From assembly GCA_035527995.1 (NCBI GenBank), contig DATKZJ010000033.1, forward strand, positions 1 through 44,042: a DNA stretch of 44,042 nt, in the 5' to 3' direction. The notes under the pieces were generated by a model. The model saw nothing but the letters and a program-made list of their open reading frames with translations, did no database searches and was not told the DNA's origin. A program made the translations under genes and the position numbers. The first letter of the stretch is position 1; each line of letters starts with the position of its first letter. The stretch is from Spirochaetota bacterium (GTDB lineage: Bacteria; Spirochaetota; B62-G9; DRHN01). Positions 18,209-26,804 of the stretch are shown here, in pieces.

Positions 18209-19062
18209 TCGGCAAGATTAAAAAAACAGCAAAACAGATACTGGGCGACGGGACGGTGAGCCTTTTTTTAGGATACGGCAAGAACAGTCTCGGTGATACT
18301 GTTCCGGTTTTTATAAAACAGGAGAAAGATGTCGAAAAGCTTGTTTGGGATGAAAGCTGTTATTACAACCTCACAAGGTACTTTACGGATAAAGATATAA
18401 ATCAATTCGAAGAAGGTCCGATCGGTGTGTTAGTCAAGGGATGCGACCAGAAATCCCTGAAAGTACTGCTGTCCGAAAAACAGGTCAAAAGAGATAGAAT
18501 CAGGATCGTAGGCCTTGTCTGCAGCGGCATGAAGAACGAGAAAGGGGATTTTTTTACAAAATGTGAGACCTGTGATTCGAACAACCCTGACGGCGAGCTG
18601 TGCGATGTCGTCATCGGGCAGAAGGTCGAGAGGAAAAACAGAGAGGATGATTTTTCCGATATAGAAAAGATCGAAGCTCTCGATCCCGCGCAAAGGCAGG
18701 AACTCTGGAGCAGATATTTCGATCGATGTCTGCGCTGTTATGCATGCCGAAACATCTGTCCGCTCTGTTACTGTAATGAATGCATCGTGGAGCAGAACGA
18801 CCCGGGGTGGGTACGGCCCTCAGCATCGAAGGAAAACAACCTCTATTTTCACATTATCAGGGCATACCATCTGACAGGCAGGTGCACAGGCTGCGGGGAA
18901 TGTGAACGTGCATGCCCTGTCGGTATCCCGTTACGCAAAATCAACAGGCGGATGATAAGGGCAGTGAGAGACAGTTTCGATTTTATAGCAGGCAGGGACG
19001 CCGAGACAAAGTCGCCTCTGGCCTGTTTCAGGCAGGACGATCGTGAGGATTTCATAAAATAG
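18205..19062 (+). CDS. flxC: FlxC-like iron-sulfur protein
   Basis: Motifs CLRCYACRNICPLCYCNEC and CTGCGECERACPVGIP. There is a 4-nt overlap with the upstream gene. Confidence 0.7.
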   Translation: MIGKIKKTAKQILGDGTVSLFLGYGKNSLGDTVPVFIKQEKDVEKLVWDESCYYNLTRYFTDKDINQFEEGPIGVLVKGCDQKSLKVLLSEKQVKRDRIRIVGLVCSGMKNEKGDFFTKCETCDSNNPDGELCDVVIGQKVERKNREDDFSDIEKIEALDPAQRQELWSRYFDRCLRCYACRNICPLCYCNECIVEQNDPGWVRPSASKENNLYFHIIRAYHLTGRCTGCGECERACPVGIPLRKINRRMIRAVRDSFDFIAGRDAETKSPLACFRQDDREDFIK

Positions 19063-19071
19063 CAGGACTGT

Positions 19072-20079
19072 ATGAGTTTATCTATGGATGAAACGGTCTT
19101 CGGTAAAAAAGAGTTATTACAAATACTAAAATCCGTATCAGACAGATGCGTGATAATAGGGCCTGTCATGGAAGACGAGAAGCTGTATTTCAGGCCTGTC
19201 GATTGTATTGATGACATAGTGTGGGAGTTTGATAATACGGTCAACAGTATCAAGGAGTTCTTCTTTCCTCAGCGCCAGGCTTTGTATGAATTAAAGCAGG
19301 ACAAGATAAGGACGTTTGAGCCTGATATAGAAAAAAAGAGGATCCTCCTCTTTCCCCGCCCGTGCGATGTTCGTGCCGTGACGATTCTGGACAAGCTGTT
19401 CATGGGTGATTATGAGGATCGGGCGTATAGAACTTTACGGGAGAATACCGTTATCATGGGTCTCAGCTGCCGAAATCCTGGTCCGCGCTGCTTCTGTCTT
19501 TCGATCGGGGGCAACCCCTTTGGCATGGAAGGAATGGATGTCTCGATTACTGCTTTAGAAAACGATAAATATATTCTCAACACGGTCACAGATAGAGGGA
19601 AAGTTATTTTTGAAGGGAAAGGCAAAAGGGCGGATAAGGAAGAGGTACAGCGGTTCGAGAGGCTGAAGAAACAGGCGGAAGAATCCATTAAGAGGGAGAT
19701 ACATATTCCAAAAGACCTTCTGAAAGCATTTGAATCGGACTACTGGAAAGAAGTATCAGAGGCCTGTCTGAAATGCGGTGTCTGTACCTATCTTTGTCCG
19801 ACCTGTCACTGTTTTGATATCGTAGACGAACGGTTTTATCGAATCAGATGCTGGGATACATGCAGCTCCGATGCGTTTACGCGAATGGCGTCAGGGGAGG
19901 ATTCCAGGAAAAATAAGTTCAAGCGATACAGGCAGAGGATATATCATAAATTCAGCTATTATAAGGAAAACTTTGAAGAGTACGCCTGCGTGGGCTGTGG
20001 GCGGTGTGCGCAGTACTGTCCGGTCAAGACGGACATCGTTGAGATTGTGAGCACTGTAAATGAAAAAGGAACGCCATGA
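19072..20079 (+). CDS. flxB: FlxB-like iron-sulfur protein (AsrA / sulfhydrogenase-beta family)
   Basis: Motifs CLKCGVCTYLCPTCHCFD and CVGCGRCAQYCP, at a length typical of AsrA/HydB-like proteins. Confidence 0.7.
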   Translation: MSLSMDETVFGKKELLQILKSVSDRCVIIGPVMEDEKLYFRPVDCIDDIVWEFDNTVNSIKEFFFPQRQALYELKQDKIRTFEPDIEKKRILLFPRPCDVRAVTILDKLFMGDYEDRAYRTLRENTVIMGLSCRNPGPRCFCLSIGGNPFGMEGMDVSITALENDKYILNTVTDRGKVIFEGKGKRADKEEVQRFERLKKQAEESIKREIHIPKDLLKAFESDYWKEVSEACLKCGVCTYLCPTCHCFDIVDERFYRIRCWDTCSSDAFTRMASGEDSRKNKFKRYRQRIYHKFSYYKENFEEYACVGCGRCAQYCPVKTDIVEIVSTVNEKGTP

Positions 20080-20912
20080 AAGACATCCTTGTACCCGACC
20101 TGGCACAGATAAAAGATATAAAAGGTGAGACGCCCGATGTCATCACTCTGAAGCTCGTTTTTAAAGACAAGGACAAGAGGGATACCTTTTCTTTTTATGC
20201 GGGACAGTTCGTAGAGCTTTCCGTTCCAAAAGAAGGTGAATCGACCTTTTGTATAGCATCCGCACCGTCCGACAAAGGGTATATGGAATGCAGCATTAAA
20301 AAGGTCGGCAGGGTAACGGAAGCCGTTCATATGCTCGAACCCGGTGACACCGTCGGTATCAGGGGCCCTTACGGGAACTCGTTTCCGATCGAGCAGATGA
20401 AAGGCAGGAACATACTGTTTATCGGAGGCGGGATCGGTCTCGTGCCGCTCCGGTCTTTGATACGGGAAGTGCTTTCCATACGAAATGATTTTAAAGACTT
20501 GCGTATCATTTACGGTGCGAGAAGCGTTACAGATCTCGTGTATAAGGACGAGCTTGACGAGTGGGGAAAGCGCGGGGATATCAAGGTCACGCTGACACTG
20601 GACCCGGGCGGCGAAACCGAAGAATGGAAGGGAGAGGTCGGGTATGTTCCTGAAGTCCTGAAAAAACAGACCCCCGTAAAACAAAACAGCATTGCCCTCA
20701 CCTGCGGTCCGCCTGTTATGATAAAGCTCGCTCTGAATGCACTCGACGAGATGGGGTTTACTCCGAAACAGATTTTCACAACGCTCGAGATGAAGATGAA
20801 GTGCGGTATAGGCACATGCGGAAGGTGTAATGTAGGGCCTCTCTATGTCTGTAAAGACGGACCTGTCTTTACCTATGAGCAGATAAAGGGGTTTATCGAG
20901 GACATATTCTGA
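20076..20912 (+). CDS. flxA: FlxA-like FAD/NAD(P)-binding oxidoreductase with C-terminal 2Fe-2S (AsrB / PyrK / sulfhydrogenase-gamma family)
   Basis: Ferredoxin-reductase fold motifs (GQFVELSVP, ILFIGGGIGLVPLRS, LTCGPPVM) and the C-terminal cluster CGIGTCGRCNV. There is a 4-nt overlap with flxB. Confidence 0.8.
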   Translation: MKDILVPDLAQIKDIKGETPDVITLKLVFKDKDKRDTFSFYAGQFVELSVPKEGESTFCIASAPSDKGYMECSIKKVGRVTEAVHMLEPGDTVGIRGPYGNSFPIEQMKGRNILFIGGGIGLVPLRSLIREVLSIRNDFKDLRIIYGARSVTDLVYKDELDEWGKRGDIKVTLTLDPGGETEEWKGEVGYVPEVLKKQTPVKQNSIALTCGPPVMIKLALNALDEMGFTPKQIFTTLEMKMKCGIGTCGRCNVGPLYVCKDGPVFTYEQIKGFIEDIF

Positions 20913-20934
20913 TCTTTGTATGGAGGAAGCTGTA

Positions 20935-21693
20935 ATGGACAAAAAAGATATCATGGAGAAGATTGCTGAGTCGAACAAATCCGTTACAACGGGAATAGAC
21001 GAGAAGGACATAGAGCACTGGGTGAAGATATATGTCATGGGAATGGAGTACCGGGTCCCTGCGGTTCTTACTGTGATGCAGGCGATGGAATATGCCGGGT
21101 ACAGGTTTATTCGTTCGTGCGGCTGCAGAGCAGGTTTCTGCGGCGCATGTTCGACTGTGTATCGAACAAAAGACGATTACAAACTCAAGACGGCAATGGC
21201 ATGTCAAACAAGGGTAGAGGACGGAATGTATCTCGTTCAGATCCCCTTCTCGCCCGCAGAGAAGGCTTTCTATGATATAGAGAGCGAGGAGTACAGTGCA
21301 AATGTTTTTCTGAAGTGGTATCCGGAGATTGCCCGCTGTTTGTCCTGCAATACATGTACAAAGGCGTGTCCCCAGGATATCGAGGTCATGGATTACATAC
21401 AGGCGGCTTTGAGAGGAGATTTTGAAAAGGTCGCCGAGATTTCATTCGACTGCATTCAATGCGGGCTCTGCGCCATACGATGTCCTGCCGAGATAGTTCA
21501 GTATTACATTGGCCAGCTTGGAAGGAGAATGTATGGGCTGCATGGGCTGCCGAGGGACGAAAATGTTGAAAGCAGGGTAAAAGAGATAAAAGAAAATAAA
21601 TATGATGAAGAATTCGAAAAAACCATGGGCTTCAATAACGAAAAGCTTAGATCCGTTTATTCGGAGTACCAGAGAACAAGAGAGGTTTATTGA
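20935..21693 (+). CDS. SdhB/FrdB-like iron-sulfur subunit (2Fe-2S domain plus two 4Fe-4S-type motifs)
   Basis: Plant-type 2Fe-2S pattern CRAGFCGAC...C, then CLSCNTCTKACP and CIQCGLCAIRCP. The ORF opens at ATG 20920, but GGAGGA precedes ATG 20935. Confidence 0.72.
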   Translation: MDKKDIMEKIAESNKSVTTGIDEKDIEHWVKIYVMGMEYRVPAVLTVMQAMEYAGYRFIRSCGCRAGFCGACSTVYRTKDDYKLKTAMACQTRVEDGMYLVQIPFSPAEKAFYDIESEEYSANVFLKWYPEIARCLSCNTCTKACPQDIEVMDYIQAALRGDFEKVAEISFDCIQCGLCAIRCPAEIVQYYIGQLGRRMYGLHGLPRDENVESRVKEIKENKYDEEFEKTMGFNNEKLRSVYSEYQRTREVY

Positions 21694-21704
21694 GGGGGTT
21701 TGAG

Positions 21705-23366
21705 ATGTCCGAACTTACGTTTATCGATGGATATCCTGAATATATGTATGAGTCGATAAAGAAGGTTGAAAAGACCCGTGATAAACGGATAGGAAAACTG
21801 GTCCCACAGATGTCGCAAAAACAGAGAAGGGAAATTCTTGACCAGTATCATCCGGATTATACTGAGGGTGGAAAGAGACAGATCAGGCATGGGCAGAACA
21901 GGGGAGATCTGGCACCTCATGAGCTTGTCGATCTACTCGAATCGTTTCCATTGATAGATGAGAACGATGTGGACTTGAGTAAAATAGACTATGAAGTGGA
22001 TGTTCTTATTATCGGGGGCGGTCTCGCAGGGACGAGTGCGGCGCTGCTCGCCAATGAGTCCGGGATACCAGCGGAGAAAATACTGCTTGTTAACAAGCTT
22101 CGGCATGGTGATTCCAATTCCACGATGGCCCAGGGAGGCACGCAGGCAGCGGACAGGCCCAACGACTCTCCTGTTATTCACTATTTAGATGTGATAGGAG
22201 GGGGCCATTTTACGAACAAGCCTGATGTTGTACGGGCCCTTACCGAGGACGCCCCTGTTGTCGTTAAATGGCTCTGCGATCTCGGTGTTCTGTTCGACAG
22301 AGATGAGGATGCAGGCTTTATCGAGCTTTCAGGAGGCGGGACGTCGAGAAAGAGGATGCATGCCTGCAGGGATTATACGGGCATGGAGGAGTTGAGGGTA
22401 ATAAAGGATGAATTCAAGAACAGAAAAATAAACGTCCTTGAGTTTCATCCGGCTATCGAGCTTCTGACCGACGGGAGTGGAACCGTAACAGGTGCCGTAC
22501 TGTGGGGACTGGAGACGCATGAATACAGGATCGTGAAGGCAAAGGCCACGATAGTTGCTACTGGCGGATTCGGGAGGCTGCACATAAGGGGGTTCCCAAC
22601 CACAAATCATTACGGTGCCACGAGTGATGGAATCATTCTTGTCTACAGGGTGGGTGCAAAGCTTCTGGATACAGACACGGTACAGTACCACCCTACAGGC
22701 GCGGCGTATCCACAGCAGATTATAGGCCTTTTATTGACTGAGAAATTGAGAACGAGCGGTGCTCAACCGGTTAATATAGACGGCGATGAATTCGTGTTTC
22801 CGCTTGAACCCAGGGATGTGGAGGCGTCGGCAATTATCAGGGAATGTTACGGTAATGACAAAGGGGTGACGACTCCATCGGGCATGAGAGGCGTTTGGCT
22901 GGATACCCCTCTTATCGATATAATAAACGGTGAAGGAACAGCCCAGAAGTCTTTTCCCGGAATGGTACGGATGTTCAAGAGATTCGGGATCGATATGATA
23001 AAGAATCCGGTTCTTATCTTCCCGACACTTCATTATCAGAACGGTGGCGTAGAGACAGATCCGTTTGGAAAAACAAATGTAAAAGGACTGTTTGTTGCCG
23101 GAGAGGTTACAGGCGGAGTACACGGGAAAAATAGATTGATGGGAAACTCCACTCTCGATTGCCTTGTGTTCGGGCGGAGGGCGGGCAGTACAGCGGCGGA
23201 ATATGTAAAAATGCGTAAAGCATACGGGAGACTGACGCTACAGCACTTAAATACGTATACAAAAATGCTCGTGGAAGCAGGAGTCAAGACACAAAGAAGA
23301 GCGCCGATTCTACTTCCTGATTATAGGGGGAAGGCAGTACTTGCCAGGATGATAGACGTAATGTAG
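21705..23366 (+). CDS. Fumarate reductase / succinate dehydrogenase / L-aspartate oxidase family flavoprotein with an N-terminal extension of about 95 aa
   Basis: Motifs DVLIIGGGLAGTSAAL, SNSTMAQGG, VQYHPTG, LLTEKLR, PTLHYQNGG and GGVHGKNRLMGNSTLDCLVFG. The ORF opens at TTG 21690. ATG 21705 follows GAGGGGG. Confidence 0.8.
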   Translation: MSELTFIDGYPEYMYESIKKVEKTRDKRIGKLVPQMSQKQRREILDQYHPDYTEGGKRQIRHGQNRGDLAPHELVDLLESFPLIDENDVDLSKIDYEVDVLIIGGGLAGTSAALLANESGIPAEKILLVNKLRHGDSNSTMAQGGTQAADRPNDSPVIHYLDVIGGGHFTNKPDVVRALTEDAPVVVKWLCDLGVLFDRDEDAGFIELSGGGTSRKRMHACRDYTGMEELRVIKDEFKNRKINVLEFHPAIELLTDGSGTVTGAVLWGLETHEYRIVKAKATIVATGGFGRLHIRGFPTTNHYGATSDGIILVYRVGAKLLDTDTVQYHPTGAAYPQQIIGLLLTEKLRTSGAQPVNIDGDEFVFPLEPRDVEASAIIRECYGNDKGVTTPSGMRGVWLDTPLIDIINGEGTAQKSFPGMVRMFKRFGIDMIKNPVLIFPTLHYQNGGVETDPFGKTNVKGLFVAGEVTGGVHGKNRLMGNSTLDCLVFGRRAGSTAAEYVKMRKAYGRLTLQHLNTYTKMLVEAGVKTQRRAPILLPDYRGKAVLARMIDVM

Positions 23367-23402
23367 CTGCCATGCCCATTCCCGATTCCTCATAGAAAAC
23401 CG

Positions 23403-23431
23403 TTGACTTCAAAGAATACCCCCTGTATTTT
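23403..23431 (+). promoter_or_regulatory. Putative sigma70-type promoter for the riboswitch-controlled transporter operon
   Basis: TTGACT (23403-23408), a 17-nt spacer, then TATTTT (23426-23431), immediately upstream of riboswitch helix P1. Confidence 0.45.
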
Positions 23432-23435
23432 TATA

Positions 23436-23581
23436 TTGTTCTTCGGGGCAGGGTGAAAATCCCGACCGGCGGTACAGCCCGCGAGTTTTTATCTGTTTGT
23501 CTCTTCGAGCCAACCAGGTAAATTTCAGAATCCGGTGAAATTCCGGTGCCGACAGTCACAGTCTGGATGGGAGAAGAACTC
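23436..23581 (+). promoter_or_regulatory. FMN riboswitch (RFN element)
   Basis: Near-verbatim RFN core: CUUCGGGGCAGGGUGAAAAUCCCGACCGGCGGU...AGCCCGCGAG...CCGGUGAAAUUCCGGUGCCGACAGU..AGUCUGGAUGGGAGAAG. The P1 helix is GTTCTTC (23438-23444) paired with GAAGAAC (23573-23579). Confidence 0.93.
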
Positions 23582-23699
23582 CGCACAAACAGGATTTCTC
23601 TGTCATCCCTAAAAAACCTCGGCCCCGTGTTTCGGGGAGATATCCTTCTCGACGAGGACCGTCCTCCCCGGCTGCTTTATATACAGCGGAAGGAACAGT

Positions 23700-25334
23700 A
23701 TGGAAGATTACATAAAATTCAGCAACGTTTCGAAGCTGTTTCCGCTAGCCGGCAGGAAAAAGGAGGTCATACGTGCGCTCGACAGTATCGACCTCTCCAT
23801 TCGAAAGGGTGAGTTCCTCTCGATCGTGGGAGCTTCCGGGAGCGGAAAGACGACGATGCTCAAGCTCATCTCGGGCATCCTCGGGCCCACGTCGGGAACA
23901 GTCTCAATCAAGGGAGAGGCGGTTCACAATCTTCGCAGGGACACAGGGAACGTCTTTCAGAAGGCGACCCTCCTCCCATGGAGGAACGTTCTGAAAAATG
24001 TTCTGCTTCCAGTCGAGGTGGTAAAAGGGGAGATAACAAAGCAGGACACCCGAAGGGCCCATGAGCTCCTCGAGATCATGGGATTGAAGAGGGCTTTTAA
24101 CATGTATCCGGCGGAGCTCTCCGGCGGAATGCAGCAGAGGGTCGCCATAGCGAGGGCCCTCGTACTCGATCCGGAGATCCTCCTGCTCGATGAGCCCTTC
24201 GGCGCGCTCGACTCCATAACACGGGAACGCCTCAACCGCCTTCTTCTGAAGCTGTGGGAGCGGACAGGGAAGACGATCGTGTTCGTGACTCACAGTATTT
24301 CCGAAGCTGTCCTTCTGTCAACGAGGATCGTCGTACTGTCCGGATTGCCTGGAAAGGTAGTGGACATCGTCGAGCTCGATCCGAAGAAGAAGGATTCGAG
24401 AGGGGAGATTTTCTCATCCGAGTATATATCGAAAGCGGTCGTAGATGTGCGTAAACGGATCAGGGATGTATGGAGCGAGGAGATCGCGAAGACTGATCGC
24501 GGCAGAGGGGCGCTCCCTATTGCACTGGGAGGAGAAAGCCGTGCCGGGTTTCTGAAAAAGCTTCGGCAGTACTACGAATACCTCCTCATCCCTGCGGGAA
24601 TTGTGCTTTTCGTGCTTATCTGGGGAGTGGTTGCCAGGATTACCGGCCTGCCGGATTTCATTCTTCCAATGCCGAAGGCCGTGCTCGCCCGCTTCTTTAC
24701 GGCGGTTTCTTCCAGGCTCCTTTTCCCGAACCTTCTCGTTACCGCATATGAGAGTATCATGGGATTCATCATCGGCTCGTCGCTCGCTTTTGTCATAGGA
24801 TACGTTCTTGCTAAATACAGAACAGCGGAGCGCCTTTTTTCGCCCTACATCGTCGCCATGCAGGCCATACCGATCGTCGCGCTCGCTCCGCTTCTCATAA
24901 TATGGTTCGGGTTCGGCATACGAACGAAGATACTGATCGCGGCCCTCGTCATCTTCTTTCCCGTGCTCATAAGCTCGATCGTCGGGATACGCTATGCAGA
25001 CCGTGAGATCATGGAGCTCTTGCTCTCACTCGACGCGGGTCCTTTCAAGACATTTTTCAAATTTGAGCTACCTTCAGCTCTGCCCATGCTCTTCGGGGGC
25101 CTCAAGGTGGGTATCACATTCTCGGTGATAGGAGCCGTTGTGGGTGAATTCCTGGGAGCTTCAGAGGGGCTCGGCGCACTTGTAAGCATGGCGCGCGCAA
25201 GCTTTGACACTCCGCTGGTCTTCGTAAGCATCATGACCCTCGGCGGGCTCGGTATATTCTTCTACCTCGTGATATCGTTTGTTGAATACATCCTCCTGGG
25301 GAGACACAGGAAGCTAAAGGAGAACCAAAGATGA
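23700..25334 (+). CDS. ABC transporter, fused ATP-binding and permease protein (NitT/TauT-like family)
   Basis: The N-terminal half carries Walker A GASGSGKTT, the signature LSGGMQQRV and Walker B LLLDEPF. The C-terminal half (about aa 285-544) is hydrophobic with a binding-protein-dependent permease look. GGAAGGA is the RBS. Confidence 0.85.
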   Translation: MEDYIKFSNVSKLFPLAGRKKEVIRALDSIDLSIRKGEFLSIVGASGSGKTTMLKLISGILGPTSGTVSIKGEAVHNLRRDTGNVFQKATLLPWRNVLKNVLLPVEVVKGEITKQDTRRAHELLEIMGLKRAFNMYPAELSGGMQQRVAIARALVLDPEILLLDEPFGALDSITRERLNRLLLKLWERTGKTIVFVTHSISEAVLLSTRIVVLSGLPGKVVDIVELDPKKKDSRGEIFSSEYISKAVVDVRKRIRDVWSEEIAKTDRGRGALPIALGGESRAGFLKKLRQYYEYLLIPAGIVLFVLIWGVVARITGLPDFILPMPKAVLARFFTAVSSRLLFPNLLVTAYESIMGFIIGSSLAFVIGYVLAKYRTAERLFSPYIVAMQAIPIVALAPLLIIWFGFGIRTKILIAALVIFFPVLISSIVGIRYADREIMELLLSLDAGPFKTFFKFELPSALPMLFGGLKVGITFSVIGAVVGEFLGASEGLGALVSMARASFDTPLVFVSIMTLGGLGIFFYLVISFVEYILLGRHRKLKENQR

Positions 25335-26344
25335 TTGGAAAAGCTCGACGTCGGATTCATTTTCGCCGCCTTTTTTTCGTTTCTGCTGCTGCAGCGCTGT
25401 TATCGTTAAATGCGTTAGAGACAGATGCATCGGACAGCGTCAAGATAGCCATGGGTTACATTCCCAATGTACAGTTCGCCCCCTACTACGTCGCGGTAGA
25501 GAAGGGCTACTTCCGGGATGAAGGCATCGACGTGACGTTCGACTACGGGATGGCAACGGATATCATGAGCCTCGTTGCAAACGGGTCGGTGGATTTCGGA
25601 GTCTCGGACGGGGACCAGGTCATAATCGCGAGAGAGAAAGGGATTCCTGTACGGGTGGTGTACACGATGTACGTGAAGTATCCTGTCGGGATCATGGCCC
25701 TCGAAGAAAGCGGTATCACGGACGTACGGTCACTTGCAGGGAAGCGGGTGGGAACGCCGGTTCCGTACGGATCGAACTACTTCGGACTGCAGGTGATACT
25801 CGGCAGCGAAGGCATGACACTGAAGGACATAGACCTCAGCTTCATAGGATATACCCAGATCGAGAGCCTCCTCGCTGGAAGGGTGGACGCCAGTGTCGTT
25901 TTCATCAACAACGAGCCTGTCGTTCTGGGAGACATGGGGAAGAGCGTCAGAGTGATAGAGGCGTACCCCATCACGCCGATGGTCTCCGCGGCAATCATCG
26001 CAGGAGAACGGCTTATAAAACAGGACCCCGACCTTGTCAGGAGGTTCGTACGGGCGGTAAGCAGGGCGAGCGTGTACGCACTCGAAAACAGGGAGAAGGT
26101 ACTCCCTCTTATAAAAAAATATGTGCCGACCCTGTCCGACGATAACATCAAGATCAACAGGAATGTGCTTTTACGGTCGATGGAGCTGTGGGTCGACGAT
26201 GATATAGAGAGAAACGGATCAGGATACACGTCGCCGGAGGATTGGAAGCGCTCGATCGATACAATGCTCTCGCTCGGCCTCATCAAAAAGAGGGTCGATC
26301 CAGTAGGGTGCTACACCAACGAATTCATAGTCACCGGCAAGTAA
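25331..26344 (+). CDS. ABC transporter substrate-binding protein, NMT1/THI5-like (RibY/ThiY-like)
   Basis: Signal-like N-terminus (RRLFFVSAAAALLSLNA), then IAMGYIPNVQFAPYYVAVEKGYF, typical of NMT1/THI5-like binding proteins. The start overlaps the upstream stop (ATGA). Confidence 0.8.
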   Translation: MIGKARRRIHFRRLFFVSAAAALLSLNALETDASDSVKIAMGYIPNVQFAPYYVAVEKGYFRDEGIDVTFDYGMATDIMSLVANGSVDFGVSDGDQVIIAREKGIPVRVVYTMYVKYPVGIMALEESGITDVRSLAGKRVGTPVPYGSNYFGLQVILGSEGMTLKDIDLSFIGYTQIESLLAGRVDASVVFINNEPVVLGDMGKSVRVIEAYPITPMVSAAIIAGERLIKQDPDLVRRFVRAVSRASVYALENREKVLPLIKKYVPTLSDDNIKINRNVLLRSMELWVDDDIERNGSGYTSPEDWKRSIDTMLSLGLIKKRVDPVGCYTNEFIVTGK

Positions 26345-26804
26345 CGGGCAGGACTAAATGGATCGTGAAGATTTCTGGTTTTTTGTTTGTTGAAGATAGG
26401 GCGCGATCGTGCCGTTTTATTTCGACCCGCCCTGGATTCGTTGATATGATGACCATCTCTCCCTCTCTTTCAATCCAGCACCGTTCTGGTGTGTAACCGG
26501 GGGAACTGTTCCAGGTACTGAAGGGCCTCCCTGTAATAACAGGAAGCCGGTTTGTCCTATACGCATGCCGCGGGTGAAATGGTTCTCGGCCTTCCGGTTT
26601 CAGGATCATACACACTCACATGTCAGTAATAATCCGACATATCAGCGCATTCCTCCATGAGGGGCAAACATACTTCTGGACACAGTAACACTTTTTTCGA
26701 AACAATAACCGTCGTATGGCTTATACCGACATGTACATCACTGAAGTATAATAATTATCATATTTATAGTTTTAATAAGAATAACCAGTATTGTAATTTT
26801 TTAG

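Noticed and set aside
19959-21038. 359-aa ORF on the - strand
   Set aside because: It is antisense to flxA and to the flanking Flx/Sdh-like genes, which carry clear cofactor motifs. It has no domain signature and no RBS.
23546-23812. 88-aa + strand ORF spanning the 3' part of the riboswitch and the transporter start
   Set aside because: It overlaps the FMN aptamer and is out of frame with the ABC gene, which has an RBS and Walker motifs. It is spurious.
26331-26615. 94-aa - strand ORF in the gap after the binding-protein gene
   Set aside because: It has a GTG start without an RBS, overlaps the 3' end of the + strand gene, and has no recognisable motif. I cannot support it as a gene. The 456-bp gap 26345-26800 remains unexplained.
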